Positions 35,390 through 44,759 of a DNA stretch of 64,000 nt are shown piece by piece (the stretch's first letter is position 1; each line of letters begins with the position of its first letter). The stretch spans positions 2,848,001 to 2,912,000 of the forward strand of contig JBKAGP010000001.1 of NCBI GenBank assembly GCA_046290465.1, read 5' to 3'. The DNA is from Planctomycetota bacterium. Lineage in GTDB: Bacteria; Planctomycetota; UBA1135; UBA2386. The position numbers and the translations under genes are program-made. The notes below the pieces were generated by a model, which made no database searches, was not told where the DNA came from, and saw nothing but the letters and a program-made list of their open reading frames with translations.

Positions 35390-35853
35390 GCGACCGACTC
35401 CCTCTTCAGCGTCTCGATCGCGAGGCTCATCTCCTCGTCGTAGACCTCCTGCACGAACTCGGGCGTTGGGTTCACGTTGCCGAGACGACGCGCCAAGCGC
35501 GGGCCGAGCATCCGGAGGGCGTTCATCACCTGCGCCCAGCGCTGCGCGTCCTCGCGCTCGCACTCCTCCTTCGAATGCAGCAGCCCCTCGGCCTTGGCGA
35601 GTTCGAGCTCGGCGCGCTTCGCATCGGCAAGGCGCTTCCGCTCCAGAGGCTTGCTCGGCTTCTGCTCCTCGATGCTCGCCTTCGCCTTTCGCGGGCCCGG
35701 GATCCGGCGCTGCTCGGCGCGCCAGGCCTTCGCCCGCTTCGCCCAGGCCTTGATCGCCTCCCCATTCGCGGGGAGAGGCATCCCCTTCGCCCGGTCACGC
35801 TCGATCGTGCGGACGCTGACCCCCAGTGCCTTGGCGAGCTGGCCATTCGTCAT
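35386..35853 (-). CDS. terS: Terminase small subunit, Nu1-like
   Basis: QLAKALGVSVRTIERDRAKGMP winged-HTH plus coiled coil (AKRAELELAKAEG). Confidence 0.85.
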   Translation of the reverse strand: MTNGQLAKALGVSVRTIERDRAKGMPLPANGEAIKAWAKRAKAWRAEQRRIPGPRKAKASIEEQKPSKPLERKRLADAKRAELELAKAEGLLHSKEECEREDAQRWAQVMNALRMLGPRLARRLGNVNPTPEFVQEVYDEEMSLAIETLKRESVA

Positions 35854-35913
35854 CCAGCTCCACCGCCACCGACAACAACCAAAAATCCGGCCACCACGTA
35901 GCCAGAAACGTCG

Positions 35914-35955
35914 TGCGGACCGCCCACTTGCGAGCCTCGCCGCCCGGAAGGACCC
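35914..35955 (-). other. Candidate cos site (cosQ GGGTCCT plus cosN-like GGGCGGTCCGCA)
   Basis: Upstream of terS; 30 nt from cosQ start to the GGGCGG start, as recalled for lambda. Confidence 0.6.
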
Positions 35956-36034
35956 GCCCGACCGCACCGGACCTGCGCCCCAGCGCATCGGATGCGCCCG
36001 GCCGCGGCCGGCGCGCCGAGGCTCGCACGAGCGA

Positions 36035-36631
36035 TCACGCGAGCCCCCACACCACGATCGCGCCGATCACGGCGCCGACCAGCCCCATGACGATCGCGAA
36101 CACAGGGCGCCGCCGCTGCCCCTCAACCGCCGCGGCGACGGCGCGCCGCAGACGGTAGATCGCCTCGGCCGCCGACTGGATCTCCTTGGCCTCGTAGCCC
36201 GTCGGATCGAATGTTCCTTCGGCGAGCTGCTCGATGCAAAGCAGGCATCGGCGCAGATGCCTCCCGTTGGCCTTGGCCTCCTCCGCGCGGATCTGCCATG
36301 CGAATCGTTCGTTGGCCAACTCGGCGGACTCCTGGCTCGCGTCGATCAGCATCTTCACCCCAGCAGTTGGAGTGACGTCTTCCCTGCACCACTCCCACAG
36401 TTCAGCCGTGTCGAGCAGGTCGCACACGCCGGAGAGTTCGGCCTCGGCCTTCTCGGCGCGCGCCCTCAGCTCGTCGCGCTCGGCCAGCAAGCGACGCAGC
36501 ATGTTCACGACCGCCTTGATGTGGCGCATCGCGGGGTGGTTTAGCGACCCGTCGTAGTGCCGGAAAACGTCGCCATGGGCCTTGTACTCCCATGCTGTCA
36601 CGTCCGCCTGCGTGACCGGGGTGCTACTCAT
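36035..36631 (-). CDS. Coiled-coil phage protein with C-terminal TM
   Basis: LLAERDELRARAEKAEAEL coiled coil; hydrophobic end. Confidence 0.6.
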   Translation of the reverse strand: MSSTPVTQADVTAWEYKAHGDVFRHYDGSLNHPAMRHIKAVVNMLRRLLAERDELRARAEKAEAELSGVCDLLDTAELWEWCREDVTPTAGVKMLIDASQESAELANERFAWQIRAEEAKANGRHLRRCLLCIEQLAEGTFDPTGYEAKEIQSAAEAIYRLRRAVAAAVEGQRRRPVFAIVMGLVGAVIGAIVVWGLA

Positions 36632-36875
36632 CGTCGATCTCCACGATCTCGCAGGAGTAAACCGGCATATCGCGGTCGCACAGGTATTCGCCTGCCTCGT
36701 TGAACGCTTCACAGCGCCGTCCGTCTGGCGCGTCGGCGTTCTTGGTCGTGCTGGCATACTCCGACTTGAACGCAACGTGCGGCTTGCCGTCTTCGTCGAA
36801 CCACACAAGCAGGCCGGGCTGAGCCCTCTCGACGGTCGTGGGGAATCCCAGGGGGCGCACTTCGATTTGACTCAT
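36624..36875 (-). CDS. Phage hypothetical protein
   Basis: Coupled ORF, FKSEY...EAFNEAGEY. Confidence 0.55.
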   Translation of the reverse strand: MSQIEVRPLGFPTTVERAQPGLLVWFDEDGKPHVAFKSEYASTTKNADAPDGRRCEAFNEAGEYLCDRDMPVYSCEIVEIDDE

Positions 36876-38800
36876 CGCCGCCCCTGCGTCGGAACGCCCG
36901 GCGCGAACCACGACATGCGGCCGGCCTTGGCGTCGTTGTGCATCTGCTCCCAGATCGCGCGCGCCTGCTCGTGCTGCGGCTCATGGCGCAGCAACACGGA
37001 TATGGCGCACGGGAACCACTCGACGACGAACCAGCCGGTGCGGTGCGCGCCCTTGCCCTCGGCCATCTCGACGTCGGGGAGCGGCGTGCCGTCGGTGAAC
37101 GCGGTGTTGTCCCACTCGACCCAACGACCGCCCTGCCGGCGGTAGGCGTGCGCGAGCACGGCCTTGGCGGCGCGCAACGCCATGGCGCGGCCCTCGGGGA
37201 TGTCGAACTCGGTGCACGCCAGGTCGAGGCCGTAGGCGCCGAACGCCTGCTGCCACCACATCACGCCGCGCGTGTAGCGCTTCTCGCGGCCCTTGTCGAA
37301 GTCGCCGAGGATTCGGTCGTCCTTGCGCGGATCCCAGACGTCGCCCGGCTTGCTGCCGAGCTGCGGTACGTAGACCTTCACCACGCGCTGCCGGAACCGC
37401 TGGCGCACGAGCTGCGCGAGCTCGCGGTCGGCCAGGTTGTTCCACAGCTGCACGGCAACGATGCCGGCGTAGCCGACCGAGCGCGCCGCGTCCGGGCCGC
37501 TGGTCGACAGCCGCGGGTCGATCGTCTCCTGCAGCAGGAAGCTGCGCGCCTGGTGCTCCAGCTCCCACTGCAGCGCCGGCGACGCCGTGTAGCGCGCGCC
37601 GGCCGACAGGGTGCCGACGAGCCAGTGCTCGCGGTCGGCCCCGAACCACTCCCCCGGCACGTCCCACGGAGCGATCGGCCGCTCCTTGCCGAGCTGGTCG
37701 GGCGACACGTCCTTCCGGTGGTGCGCGCGCGAGTGCCAGAACACGAGCTCGGGGTGCTGCTGCAGCCGCAGGTGCTCGCCGTCGGCCTCGAGGTGGTGGC
37801 ACGGCCGGTTCGCGTACTTCAGCGCCGACAGGTAGGCCACCCACTCGGCGCCGACGCCGCCGGGCAGCATCGGCTCGCCCCGCACGAACACCTGATCCTC
37901 CTGCGACCCCGTCTGCGTGCTGTTCGGCGCGATCCCGACGACCGGGTAGCCCCAGTCGTGCAGCCGCGCGACGGCGCCGGGCAGCTTCTCGCCGGCCCAG
38001 CGCATGGGGTCGAATCCGGCCGGGTAGAGCGGGTTCCCGTCCGGCAGCAGCTTCTCGATGCCGACGGCGCCGATGGCCAGCGACGCGACCGCCTGCACGC
38101 TGCGGTGCTCGGCCGGCGTGTCCAGATGCCGCGGCCAGACGATCACGAACGGGATGATGCGCGCCTGGCCGTCGGCGAACCGGCTCGGCGACACGATCGG
38201 CTGGAAGAAGTGCCGCCCCACCGGCAGCACGACGCCGTCGCCGAATGTCAGCCGCTGCGCCGCGACGTCGGCGTGCACGTCGGGCACCGTCGGGTCCGAC
38301 GCCGTCACGGCGAACTCGCCGTGAGCCCACGCCTCGCCCGGGTAGTGCCGCAGCCAGACGTCCTGGCACAGCATGCGGCCGACGCGGGCGCGCAAGTGCG
38401 CCGTCCAGGCCGCGCCGTCGACCGCGACCTCGACCAGGTGCAGCGGCTGGCCGTTGAGCTTCAGCGCGCCGCCGAACCAGCCGAGCAGGTCCTGCGGCAG
38501 CGCACCGATCGCGTGCGGCGCCGCGACGCCCTCGGACAGGTCGAGCTCGAGGCGGCCGCCGGCGGGCAGCGTGGCCCAGACGTCGATCGCGTGCACGTCG
38601 CGCCCGCAGGCGTCGCCGAGCACGAACCGCGCGGCGCCAACGCGGCCGCTGGCGTGTGGCGGCAGCCGGTCGATGGTCGAGCGCACCCACCCCTCGAACG
38701 GCACCGGGCCGTGGTTGGCCAGGCGCACGGTCTGCGCCGCGAGCGCAGCACACCAGGCGAATAGGAACGCGAATAAGTACAGCACGTTCTGCAGTCTCAT
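36872..38800 (-). CDS. Signal-peptide-bearing 642-aa protein of unknown function
   Basis: MRLQNVLYLFAFLFAWCAALAA-Q signal; beta-rich N-terminal and Trp-rich helical C-terminal halves; ATGA overlaps on both sides. Confidence 0.7.
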   Translation of the reverse strand: MRLQNVLYLFAFLFAWCAALAAQTVRLANHGPVPFEGWVRSTIDRLPPHASGRVGAARFVLGDACGRDVHAIDVWATLPAGGRLELDLSEGVAAPHAIGALPQDLLGWFGGALKLNGQPLHLVEVAVDGAAWTAHLRARVGRMLCQDVWLRHYPGEAWAHGEFAVTASDPTVPDVHADVAAQRLTFGDGVVLPVGRHFFQPIVSPSRFADGQARIIPFVIVWPRHLDTPAEHRSVQAVASLAIGAVGIEKLLPDGNPLYPAGFDPMRWAGEKLPGAVARLHDWGYPVVGIAPNSTQTGSQEDQVFVRGEPMLPGGVGAEWVAYLSALKYANRPCHHLEADGEHLRLQQHPELVFWHSRAHHRKDVSPDQLGKERPIAPWDVPGEWFGADREHWLVGTLSAGARYTASPALQWELEHQARSFLLQETIDPRLSTSGPDAARSVGYAGIVAVQLWNNLADRELAQLVRQRFRQRVVKVYVPQLGSKPGDVWDPRKDDRILGDFDKGREKRYTRGVMWWQQAFGAYGLDLACTEFDIPEGRAMALRAAKAVLAHAYRRQGGRWVEWDNTAFTDGTPLPDVEMAEGKGAHRTGWFVVEWFPCAISVLLRHEPQHEQARAIWEQMHNDAKAGRMSWFAPGVPTQGRR

Positions 38801-39663
38801 GAGTTGTTGGCCTCCTCCTCGTTGGCCCGAAGCTTCTCCCGGCGGCTGGCCCACAAGGACCGAGCCTTCTGTCTCTCCGCCTCGCTCAGGTCGGCGACCA
38901 GGTCGACGACGCCGTCGAGCTCCGCAGGCGTCTGCGCAGCGAGGATCGCGTCGCAAGCCCGGACGAACGGCGTCTTCACGCCGGCGAGCCACTCGAGCAG
39001 GATCCGCGGGATCGCGTCGTCCGGCTTCTGCTCGTGGTGCTCGGCGAGCGCCGGACAGCGCGTCTTCGTGACGACGAGCTCGTTGTTGCGCGGCTCCATC
39101 TCGGCGACCACGTCGAACTCGAACTCCATCCCGTCGCGCTGCACGGCCTGCGTGCCGACCTTCCGGATCACCTTCTTGCCGCGATCGTCGACGTCCTGGA
39201 GCCACTCGGACTTGGCGCGCATCGTCGCGATGACGTGCAGCGGCGCGCCGATCATCGCGTCGATCAGCTGGTTGTGCAGCGGCGTCACCGAGGCCCACGC
39301 GCCGAACGAGTTGCCCTTCATCGTCGAGGCCTGCCGATCGACCTGCTCGAGCGCGCCGCCGCGCCCCATCCAGGCATGCGACAGCGAGTCGATGACGAGC
39401 ACGTCGTGCTCCCCGGTGTTCGCGGCGGCCGCGATCGCCTTGACGAACTGGATCGGGCTGTGGTTCTCGAGGTCGAGGACGTCGAAGTCGAACGTGTCGG
39501 CGTACTTGCTCGCGCTGCCGCGCTCGGTGTCGATCAGGGCGACGCGCTTCTGCGCGAACGCGCTCGCGAACTTCAGGGCCGTGTAGGTCTTGCCCGCGCC
39601 GCTGGGGCCGACCAGGGCCATTCGCAGCCGGCTCTCGGACTTGACCGCCTTCTTGAACTGCAT
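38797..39663 (-). CDS. AAA ATPase, Sak4-like recombination protein
   Basis: GPSGAGKT, IDTERGS, VIDSLSHAW, HVIATMRAK, EFEFD, KTRC. Confidence 0.85.
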   Translation of the reverse strand: MQFKKAVKSESRLRMALVGPSGAGKTYTALKFASAFAQKRVALIDTERGSASKYADTFDFDVLDLENHSPIQFVKAIAAAANTGEHDVLVIDSLSHAWMGRGGALEQVDRQASTMKGNSFGAWASVTPLHNQLIDAMIGAPLHVIATMRAKSEWLQDVDDRGKKVIRKVGTQAVQRDGMEFEFDVVAEMEPRNNELVVTKTRCPALAEHHEQKPDDAIPRILLEWLAGVKTPFVRACDAILAAQTPAELDGVVDLVADLSEAERQKARSLWASRREKLRANEEEANNS

Positions 39664-39665
39664 CG

Positions 39666-40307
39666 TCAATCGCTGGATCTCGGGTCCGGGGCGCCGCCGC
39701 GGCGCCCTCTCATGGGGCTGGGTTCCGGCTCCCCGGTGTGGGTCAGCTGCTCGAGCAGGTGCTCGAACTGGCGCTGCGCAAGAACCGGGGGGACAGGCAC
39801 GACGGCCTCGGCGATCGGCGCAGGAAGGCCTGGCCAACGCGGGTCACCCATCAGGTCGCGCGCCTCGGTGGCGAGCGCGACGTCGTCGGCCGCCTTGATG
39901 AGGCTGCCCGCCTCAGCGCTCAGCTTCCGGAGACCGAACCGGGCCCGGATGCAGCCCAGCAAGCGTGCCTCGGTCGTCGCGAAGCTCTCGAAGTAGCCAT
40001 CGCGCTCGACCCACAGGGCGCCCTTCACCGGGCGGATGATGTCGCCGAGGTAGGCCTCAGCCGCGTCGTGCAGCAGCGCTTGCAGCAGCAGCTCGCGATC
40101 GTCGACGCCGGCGCCGCGGACGAGCCGAGCGACCAGCACGCTGTGCTGCGCGACCGAGTAGAACCGCTCGCACCGGCCGGCGAAGCGGCACGTGCGCGCC
40201 AGGCTGTGCGCGATGTCGGTGGCGTCAACCTCCTCGGGCCGCGGGTCGAGCGGCCAGAACCTCCGACCGTCGGCCATGCCGATCCACTCGCCGATCCGCT
40301 CAGGCAC
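39666..40307 (-). CDS. HD-domain phosphohydrolase (YfdR-like)
   Basis: DIAHSLA..CRFAG...FYSVAQHSV...LLHDAAEAYLGD...D..L.TE. Confidence 0.88.
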   Translation of the reverse strand: MPERIGEWIGMADGRRFWPLDPRPEEVDATDIAHSLARTCRFAGRCERFYSVAQHSVLVARLVRGAGVDDRELLLQALLHDAAEAYLGDIIRPVKGALWVERDGYFESFATTEARLLGCIRARFGLRKLSAEAGSLIKAADDVALATEARDLMGDPRWPGLPAPIAEAVVPVPPVLAQRQFEHLLEQLTHTGEPEPSPMRGRRGGAPDPRSSD

Positions 40308-41319
40308 CCTCGACCCCCCGCATCACGTCGCGAAGCACGCTCTTGGCGGTCTTCGGTTCGGCCGGAGCCGACCCGGATCCGCCGAGAACCGGGTCGCTCT
40401 CGTCGATCACGACAGGCGGCCGCAGGTCCCGCTCCTTGCGCTTCATGCGCTCGTGGTCCCTCACGGCCAACCACTCGCAGCTGTCGAGCCAGCGGCTCAG
40501 CAGGGCGCCGTAGTCGCTGTTCGACTTGGACTTCGCGATCGCGACGAGATCGTGCACGTCGGCGACCGTGAGGCCGCGCGCGACGTGCGGAGCGACCTGC
40601 TTGCGGATCGCGCTCCGGCGGGCGACCGCGAACGGGATCACCGCCCGGTAGCGGGTCTCCATCAGCGCGTCCGTCACCGCCTCGAGCGTGTGCTCGTCGA
40701 CCTCGCCGCTCTCAGGCTGCGTCGCCGAAGGCGGCGCTTCTGCCGGCCGCGCAGCGGCCGACTCCCGGTCAGGCACTGACCCTCGCGCGGGCACGCGCGC
40801 ATTGGGTTGTACTGGGTTCTTACTGGGTTCGGGTGTCCTGGGGGGACACCCTTTAGGGTCCTGGGGGGACACCCTTTCGTCCGATTTGGACACCCTTTCG
40901 GGCTCAATGGGTGCCCCGGGAGGACACCCTTTCTCGTCAAAGGGTGTCCCAGCAGGACACCGTTCTTCGGCCCGAAAGGGTGCCCCGTCGGGACACCCTT
41001 TCGCCGCCGACTCGCCGCCGACCAGCGCCTGCCAAGCGTCATCAGCGGCGCCCGGCGATACGACCCAGACGGACATGCCGCGCGACCGGCCGCCCTTGCC
41101 GCGACGCTCGAGCTGCACCAGGCCGGCCTCGGCGAGCTGGTCGAGCACCTTCCGCACGACGCGCGGCGTCGACCCAACGCGGCGCGCGATGCCGGGCGCC
41201 GACGGCCAGGCGCGGCCGTCCTTGTCGGCGTGACAGAGGAGAACGAGGAGCACTCGCGCCTTCACCGGCAGCGCCTCGGACGAAGCCATCACGGCCAAAC
41301 GGTCCAGCAGTCCAGGCAT
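40300..41319 (-). CDS. Replication initiator (N-terminal wHTH, lambda O-like organisation)
   Basis: LCHADKDGRAWPS...IARRVG...LAEAGLV; central repeat block. Confidence 0.8.
   Translation of the reverse strand: MPGLLDRLAVMASSEALPVKARVLLVLLCHADKDGRAWPSAPGIARRVGSTPRVVRKVLDQLAEAGLVQLERRGKGGRSRGMSVWVVSPGAADDAWQALVGGESAAKGCPDGAPFRAEERCPAGTPFDEKGCPPGAPIEPERVSKSDERVSPQDPKGCPPRTPEPSKNPVQPNARVPARGSVPDRESAAARPAEAPPSATQPESGEVDEHTLEAVTDALMETRYRAVIPFAVARRSAIRKQVAPHVARGLTVADVHDLVAIAKSKSNSDYGALLSRWLDSCEWLAVRDHERMKRKERDLRPPVVIDESDPVLGGSGSAPAEPKTAKSVLRDVMRGVEGA
40803..41003. repeat. Iteron-like array, candidate phage origin
   Basis: Five GGACACCCTTT copies, one variant, and several inverted GGGTG(T/C)CC copies inside the initiator gene. 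Confidence 0.75.
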
Positions 41320-41636
41320 CAGGCTCCCCCCTCGATCGGCAGCTGCTTCTGCAGCAGCGGCACGCGCTCGTGCGCGTGCAGCTCAGCGAAGCCGGCCTCG
41401 GTGACGTGGAACATCGCGGTGCCGAGCGCGCGGGACACCATCGGGGTCCTCCGCTCGACCAACCCGCGGCCCTCGAGGTCGAGCAGCAGCTCCCAGTCCG
41501 GGGAGTCGGTCCGCGCGACGTAGTTGTTGCGGTAGCAGCGCTCGAGGCAGGTGTACTTCCGGCGCTGCTGCGGCGTCAGGTCGCGCAGGCCGACGGCGTG
41601 CTCGAGCAGGCTGAGCTGGCGGGGTGTGGTGCTCAC
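41319..41636 (-). CDS. Phage hypothetical protein
   Basis: LLEHAVGL...YRNNYVA...FHVTEAG; coupled ORF. Confidence 0.6.
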   Translation of the reverse strand: MSTTPRQLSLLEHAVGLRDLTPQQRRKYTCLERCYRNNYVARTDSPDWELLLDLEGRGLVERRTPMVSRALGTAMFHVTEAGFAELHAHERVPLLQKQLPIEGGA

Positions 41637-42661
41637 GAGGCACCTCCCGCGTCGGGCCATTCGCGCACCCGCAGGTCCTCGGGCCACTCCTCGGGGTTGC
41701 CGCCCTTGCGGTCCTCCAAGCGCCAGTGACGCTGGTAGCAGGAGGTGCCGTCTGGCGACGTCACGAAGGTCCAGCCAGTCGCCATCATTGCGCGCTGCCG
41801 AAGCGAACTCGGACCGCCCAGCTCCATCAGCGCCGCATCCGTTCCCTGGGGCTCGTCAGCTCGACACGATGCCTGCTCGAAAGGCACAGCCCCGAGCTGC
41901 TTCACGAAGCACGCGACACCAGCCTCGCCGCACTGCTCCACGATGCTGTGAATCCACGCGACGTCGCACGGGCGCGACTTCGGGCCAGACTCGCCGCCGA
42001 CGATGGCCCAATCGAGGCCCTCAAGGTATGGCTGGCCGACACCAGACCCGTCGACAGCCGCCGCCCCCTCGAACTCGATCGGCCCGAGCAGCGGCTCGGC
42101 ACTCACGAATCGCACCGCGGCCGGCGTGTCGAGCAGGATCGGGATGCGCTCGTCGGCGGTGGCCTGGTCCTCGGCGCTGACGCCCAGCCAGACGTTCGGG
42201 AGCACGCAACCATGCCCCTCACGCAGCGTCAGGCCCGAACGCTGCCAAGCCTGAAGCAGCTCGCGCATGCGCTTCGGCCGCTTCGTCAGAATCTGGAACG
42301 TGTGCGCTCGCGCTTGAGCCATCGTCGCGAACACGGCCGAGATGAACTCGTCCGGCACGTCGTCGTGGAACAGGTCAGCCATCGAGTTCACGAACACGCG
42401 GCGCGGCTTCTTCCAGCGCAGCGGCTCGTCAAGTCGCTCCTGGTGGCAACGCACGTCGGTGAAGCGGCGCGGCCGGCGTTCGAACTCGTACCCGGGCGGC
42501 GGCGACCCGACACCGGGGTCCACGGGCACCGTCTGCCTGCCGTAGTGCCGCGGCCAGTCGCGCTCGGCGTAGCAGTTCGCGCAGCCGGCGCTGACCTTCG
42601 TGCACCCCGTCACCGGGTTCCACGTGGCGTCGGTCCACTGGATCTTCGTCGAGTCGCTCAA
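41633..42661 (-). CDS. Phage Gp37/Gp68 (DUF5131) family protein
   Basis: IQWTDATWNPVTGCTKVSAGCANCYA, FVNSMADLFH, LTKRP, WLGVSAE, GGESG, FVKQLG. Confidence 0.92.
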   Translation of the reverse strand: MSDSTKIQWTDATWNPVTGCTKVSAGCANCYAERDWPRHYGRQTVPVDPGVGSPPPGYEFERRPRRFTDVRCHQERLDEPLRWKKPRRVFVNSMADLFHDDVPDEFISAVFATMAQARAHTFQILTKRPKRMRELLQAWQRSGLTLREGHGCVLPNVWLGVSAEDQATADERIPILLDTPAAVRFVSAEPLLGPIEFEGAAAVDGSGVGQPYLEGLDWAIVGGESGPKSRPCDVAWIHSIVEQCGEAGVACFVKQLGAVPFEQASCRADEPQGTDAALMELGGPSSLRQRAMMATGWTFVTSPDGTSCYQRHWRLEDRKGGNPEEWPEDLRVREWPDAGGAS

Positions 42662-43254
42662 GAGGCACCTCCCAGCTCGCGCTGTCCGGCCTCGTAAGCG
42701 CGGTTCACCGCCGCCATCAGCTCGTCGCTGCCGCCGGTGTCCGGGTGCGCACCGCGCGCGGCGACGCGGTACGCCTGGCGCAGCTCGTCCAGCGACGCCG
42801 GCCGCTCATCGAGGCCCAGGACCGACCACCAGCTCGCCGGCGTCGAGTCCTCGGGCAGCGCCCGGTAGCCGGCGAACGCCTGCTCGGTCGTCCCGACGCC
42901 CCAGCGCTCCATGCCGCGCATCGCCTCGAGGTGCTGCGCGATCGCGCGCATGTTCTGCTCGGGACGCGGGTGCCTGTCGCACGCGAACACGAGCTTCACG
43001 CCCTCGCGCTCGAAGTAGACGGCGACACCCGGGTCATCCGGCGTGCGCTGGTTCGATCGCGGCCATCCGTCGAGGCGGGGCTCGATGTTCGACGAGACGA
43101 TCAGGCTCTTGCCGCGCAGCATCCTGACCTGGTCCCAGATCTGGTCGACGGCGCGCGCAACCGTGAGGCGCCCCGCGCCCTTCTTGGGGTTGCGTGCGTA
43201 CGGCTTCGTCCGTTTCTGGAACGGCGGCCACGACAACGGGTAGGCCTGGCTCAA
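42658..43254 (-). CDS. Phage J-domain protein
   Basis: YPLSWP, DDPGVAVYF, ERWGV; C-terminal WWSVLG...AHPDTGG J domain. Confidence 0.85.
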   Translation of the reverse strand: MSQAYPLSWPPFQKRTKPYARNPKKGAGRLTVARAVDQIWDQVRMLRGKSLIVSSNIEPRLDGWPRSNQRTPDDPGVAVYFEREGVKLVFACDRHPRPEQNMRAIAQHLEAMRGMERWGVGTTEQAFAGYRALPEDSTPASWWSVLGLDERPASLDELRQAYRVAARGAHPDTGGSDELMAAVNRAYEAGQRELGGAS

Positions 43255-43322
43255 GAGTCACCTCCCTCGAGCCGCCGGGGGTTCGCCGACGCACGGGTCG
43301 CCCGAGCTACGGTCAGGTGACG

Positions 43323-43529
43323 ATGACAAACATCAAAACGATCACGATCACCTTCCGCGAAGAGACCTACTCGGCCCTCTACTGGACCGAGGACGACTGG
43401 GTCGTCGTCGACCATCAGGAGCTCGGCAAGAAGGAAGCCGAGATGCGTGGACTGCCGCCCCACCTCCTTGCGCACACGCTGCTCCGCGAGCTGGCCGAGC
43501 AGAAAGTTCTCCGGCGTCGGCCGATCTAA
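43323..43529 (+). CDS. Small hypothetical protein next to attR
   Basis: 68-aa ORF with AGGTG RBS, divergent from the J-domain gene. Confidence 0.45.
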   Translation: MTNIKTITITFREETYSALYWTEDDWVVVDHQELGKKEAEMRGLPPHLLAHTLLRELAEQKVLRRRPI

Positions 43530-43635
43530 CTTCCCGTCTAACACAGTGACGGAATGACCCCGATCTAACTGCCCTGATCGCCCCCGTATGGCGGTATGCG
43601 AATAACGCTTACCAACTCCCCTGCAACGTGTTAGA
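43525..43635. promoter_or_regulatory. Putative integrase arm-type sites
   Basis: TCTAAC at 43525, 43537 and 43564; inverted copy at 43630. Confidence 0.55.
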
Positions 43636-43673
43636 TGCCATCGAGGAGAGGGAGGCAGAGGGTCTGGAGGGCT

Positions 43674-43732
43674 TTGAAAATGCCAGGGTCGGCGGTTCAA
43701 ATCCGCCCCTGCCCACCACCCTTTCAGGGCGG
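43674..43732 (+). repeat. attR core (3' part of tRNA-Phe)
   Basis: Identical to 948-1006. Confidence 0.95.
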
Positions 43733-44060
43733 TCATACAACGGGTTACGACGGCGAGCACGGCCAGCCTCCTTGCTGCCAATTTCGGCCAACCCGCACCC
43801 CATGACGAGGGGAGCCAGCGGCCGAAGAGGTCACGGCAGCAGCCGTGACTGCGGTGGATCCTAGCGCGCTGGCGCGAGCGCGCTCAGCACTGAGTGTGGC
43901 TCCCCTACGGACGCATCGACGTAAGCTCGTCTGGAGTTCGAACTACCCGGCACGGGAAGCAGCGTTCGAAGCCGCAAAGCGGATTCCCGAGAACAGGCAC
44001 GCCACGAGCAGATCCTCGACCTCACGTTCGACGGAGCCGCAACAAAGCGAAGCAGCAGCT
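43733..44060 (+). pseudogene. Decayed leader and 5' end of a related integrase
   Basis: Colinear similarity to ~1007-1345 with indels; KLVWSSNYPAREAAFEAAKR vs KLVWGSSYPTQEEAFEAAKR. Confidence 0.85.
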
Positions 44061-44759
44061 TCTACTCATCGACCATCACTCCCATGTTCGATCGGGACGG
44101 AAGATGGCGACTCGCCAACCCTGCAGCATCGAATGCTTGGAGTCTGCGGTGGCCCCCATGATGACAGGAGATCGGCCACCGCATTGACGAGCCGCCAGTG
44201 TGGGAAGTGCTGCGCGGCAGCCTGTTTCATGGAGCCCACTGCGGGCTTGTCGCGGGATCTCCCCACGCACCATGGGCCGCCGCGCAGCGAAGGTCCTCGA
44301 GTCGCCTTGAATGAGCTACTTGCGACTCCTCGGCGCCCGACGTCATCGACTGCTCGACGAACATCACCCAACGACTGCCCTGCCGTCCTGAATCGAGCTC
44401 ACACGATGCTTGCGCAGGTCGTCATGCAGCAGCGATCCGCATCCCAGAGTTGCAGCCGCAGACACTTGAGGATCTCGCACGGGCTGAGTGGACGCGATCA
44501 AGGCAAGCACAACGAACAGCGTTGACAGCAAGTTCCACCAGCTGCGAACTCGCTGCTCGCTGCTATGCACCCGACTGTGCCGAAGGATATCTCTCGGTTC
44601 ACGCACATCGACTCGCCGCCCTTCGAGGGCGCTCCGTCAGGACGCCGCGCGGGAAACGACCGGATCGGACATTGCCCGCACCTGCGCATCGCGCATGCAA
44701 CTCGCGATCACCGAGCCGGCCGCGCACCACACTTGCGCGCTAACGGCCACGCCATGCAA

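Larger units (their letters stand above)
948..43732. mobile_element. Prophage (lambda-like siphovirus architecture) integrated in tRNA-Phe
   Basis: Bounded by 59-bp direct repeats; contains integrase, repressor, head, tail, packaging and replication genes. Confidence 0.95.

Noticed and set aside
40803..41003. CRISPR array
   Set aside because: Repeats are ~11 bp, in both orientations, irregularly spaced and inside a CDS; no cas genes are visible
43674..43718. Second tRNA-Phe gene
   Set aside because: Only the 3' half is present; the 5' acceptor strand and D arm are missing, so this is attR
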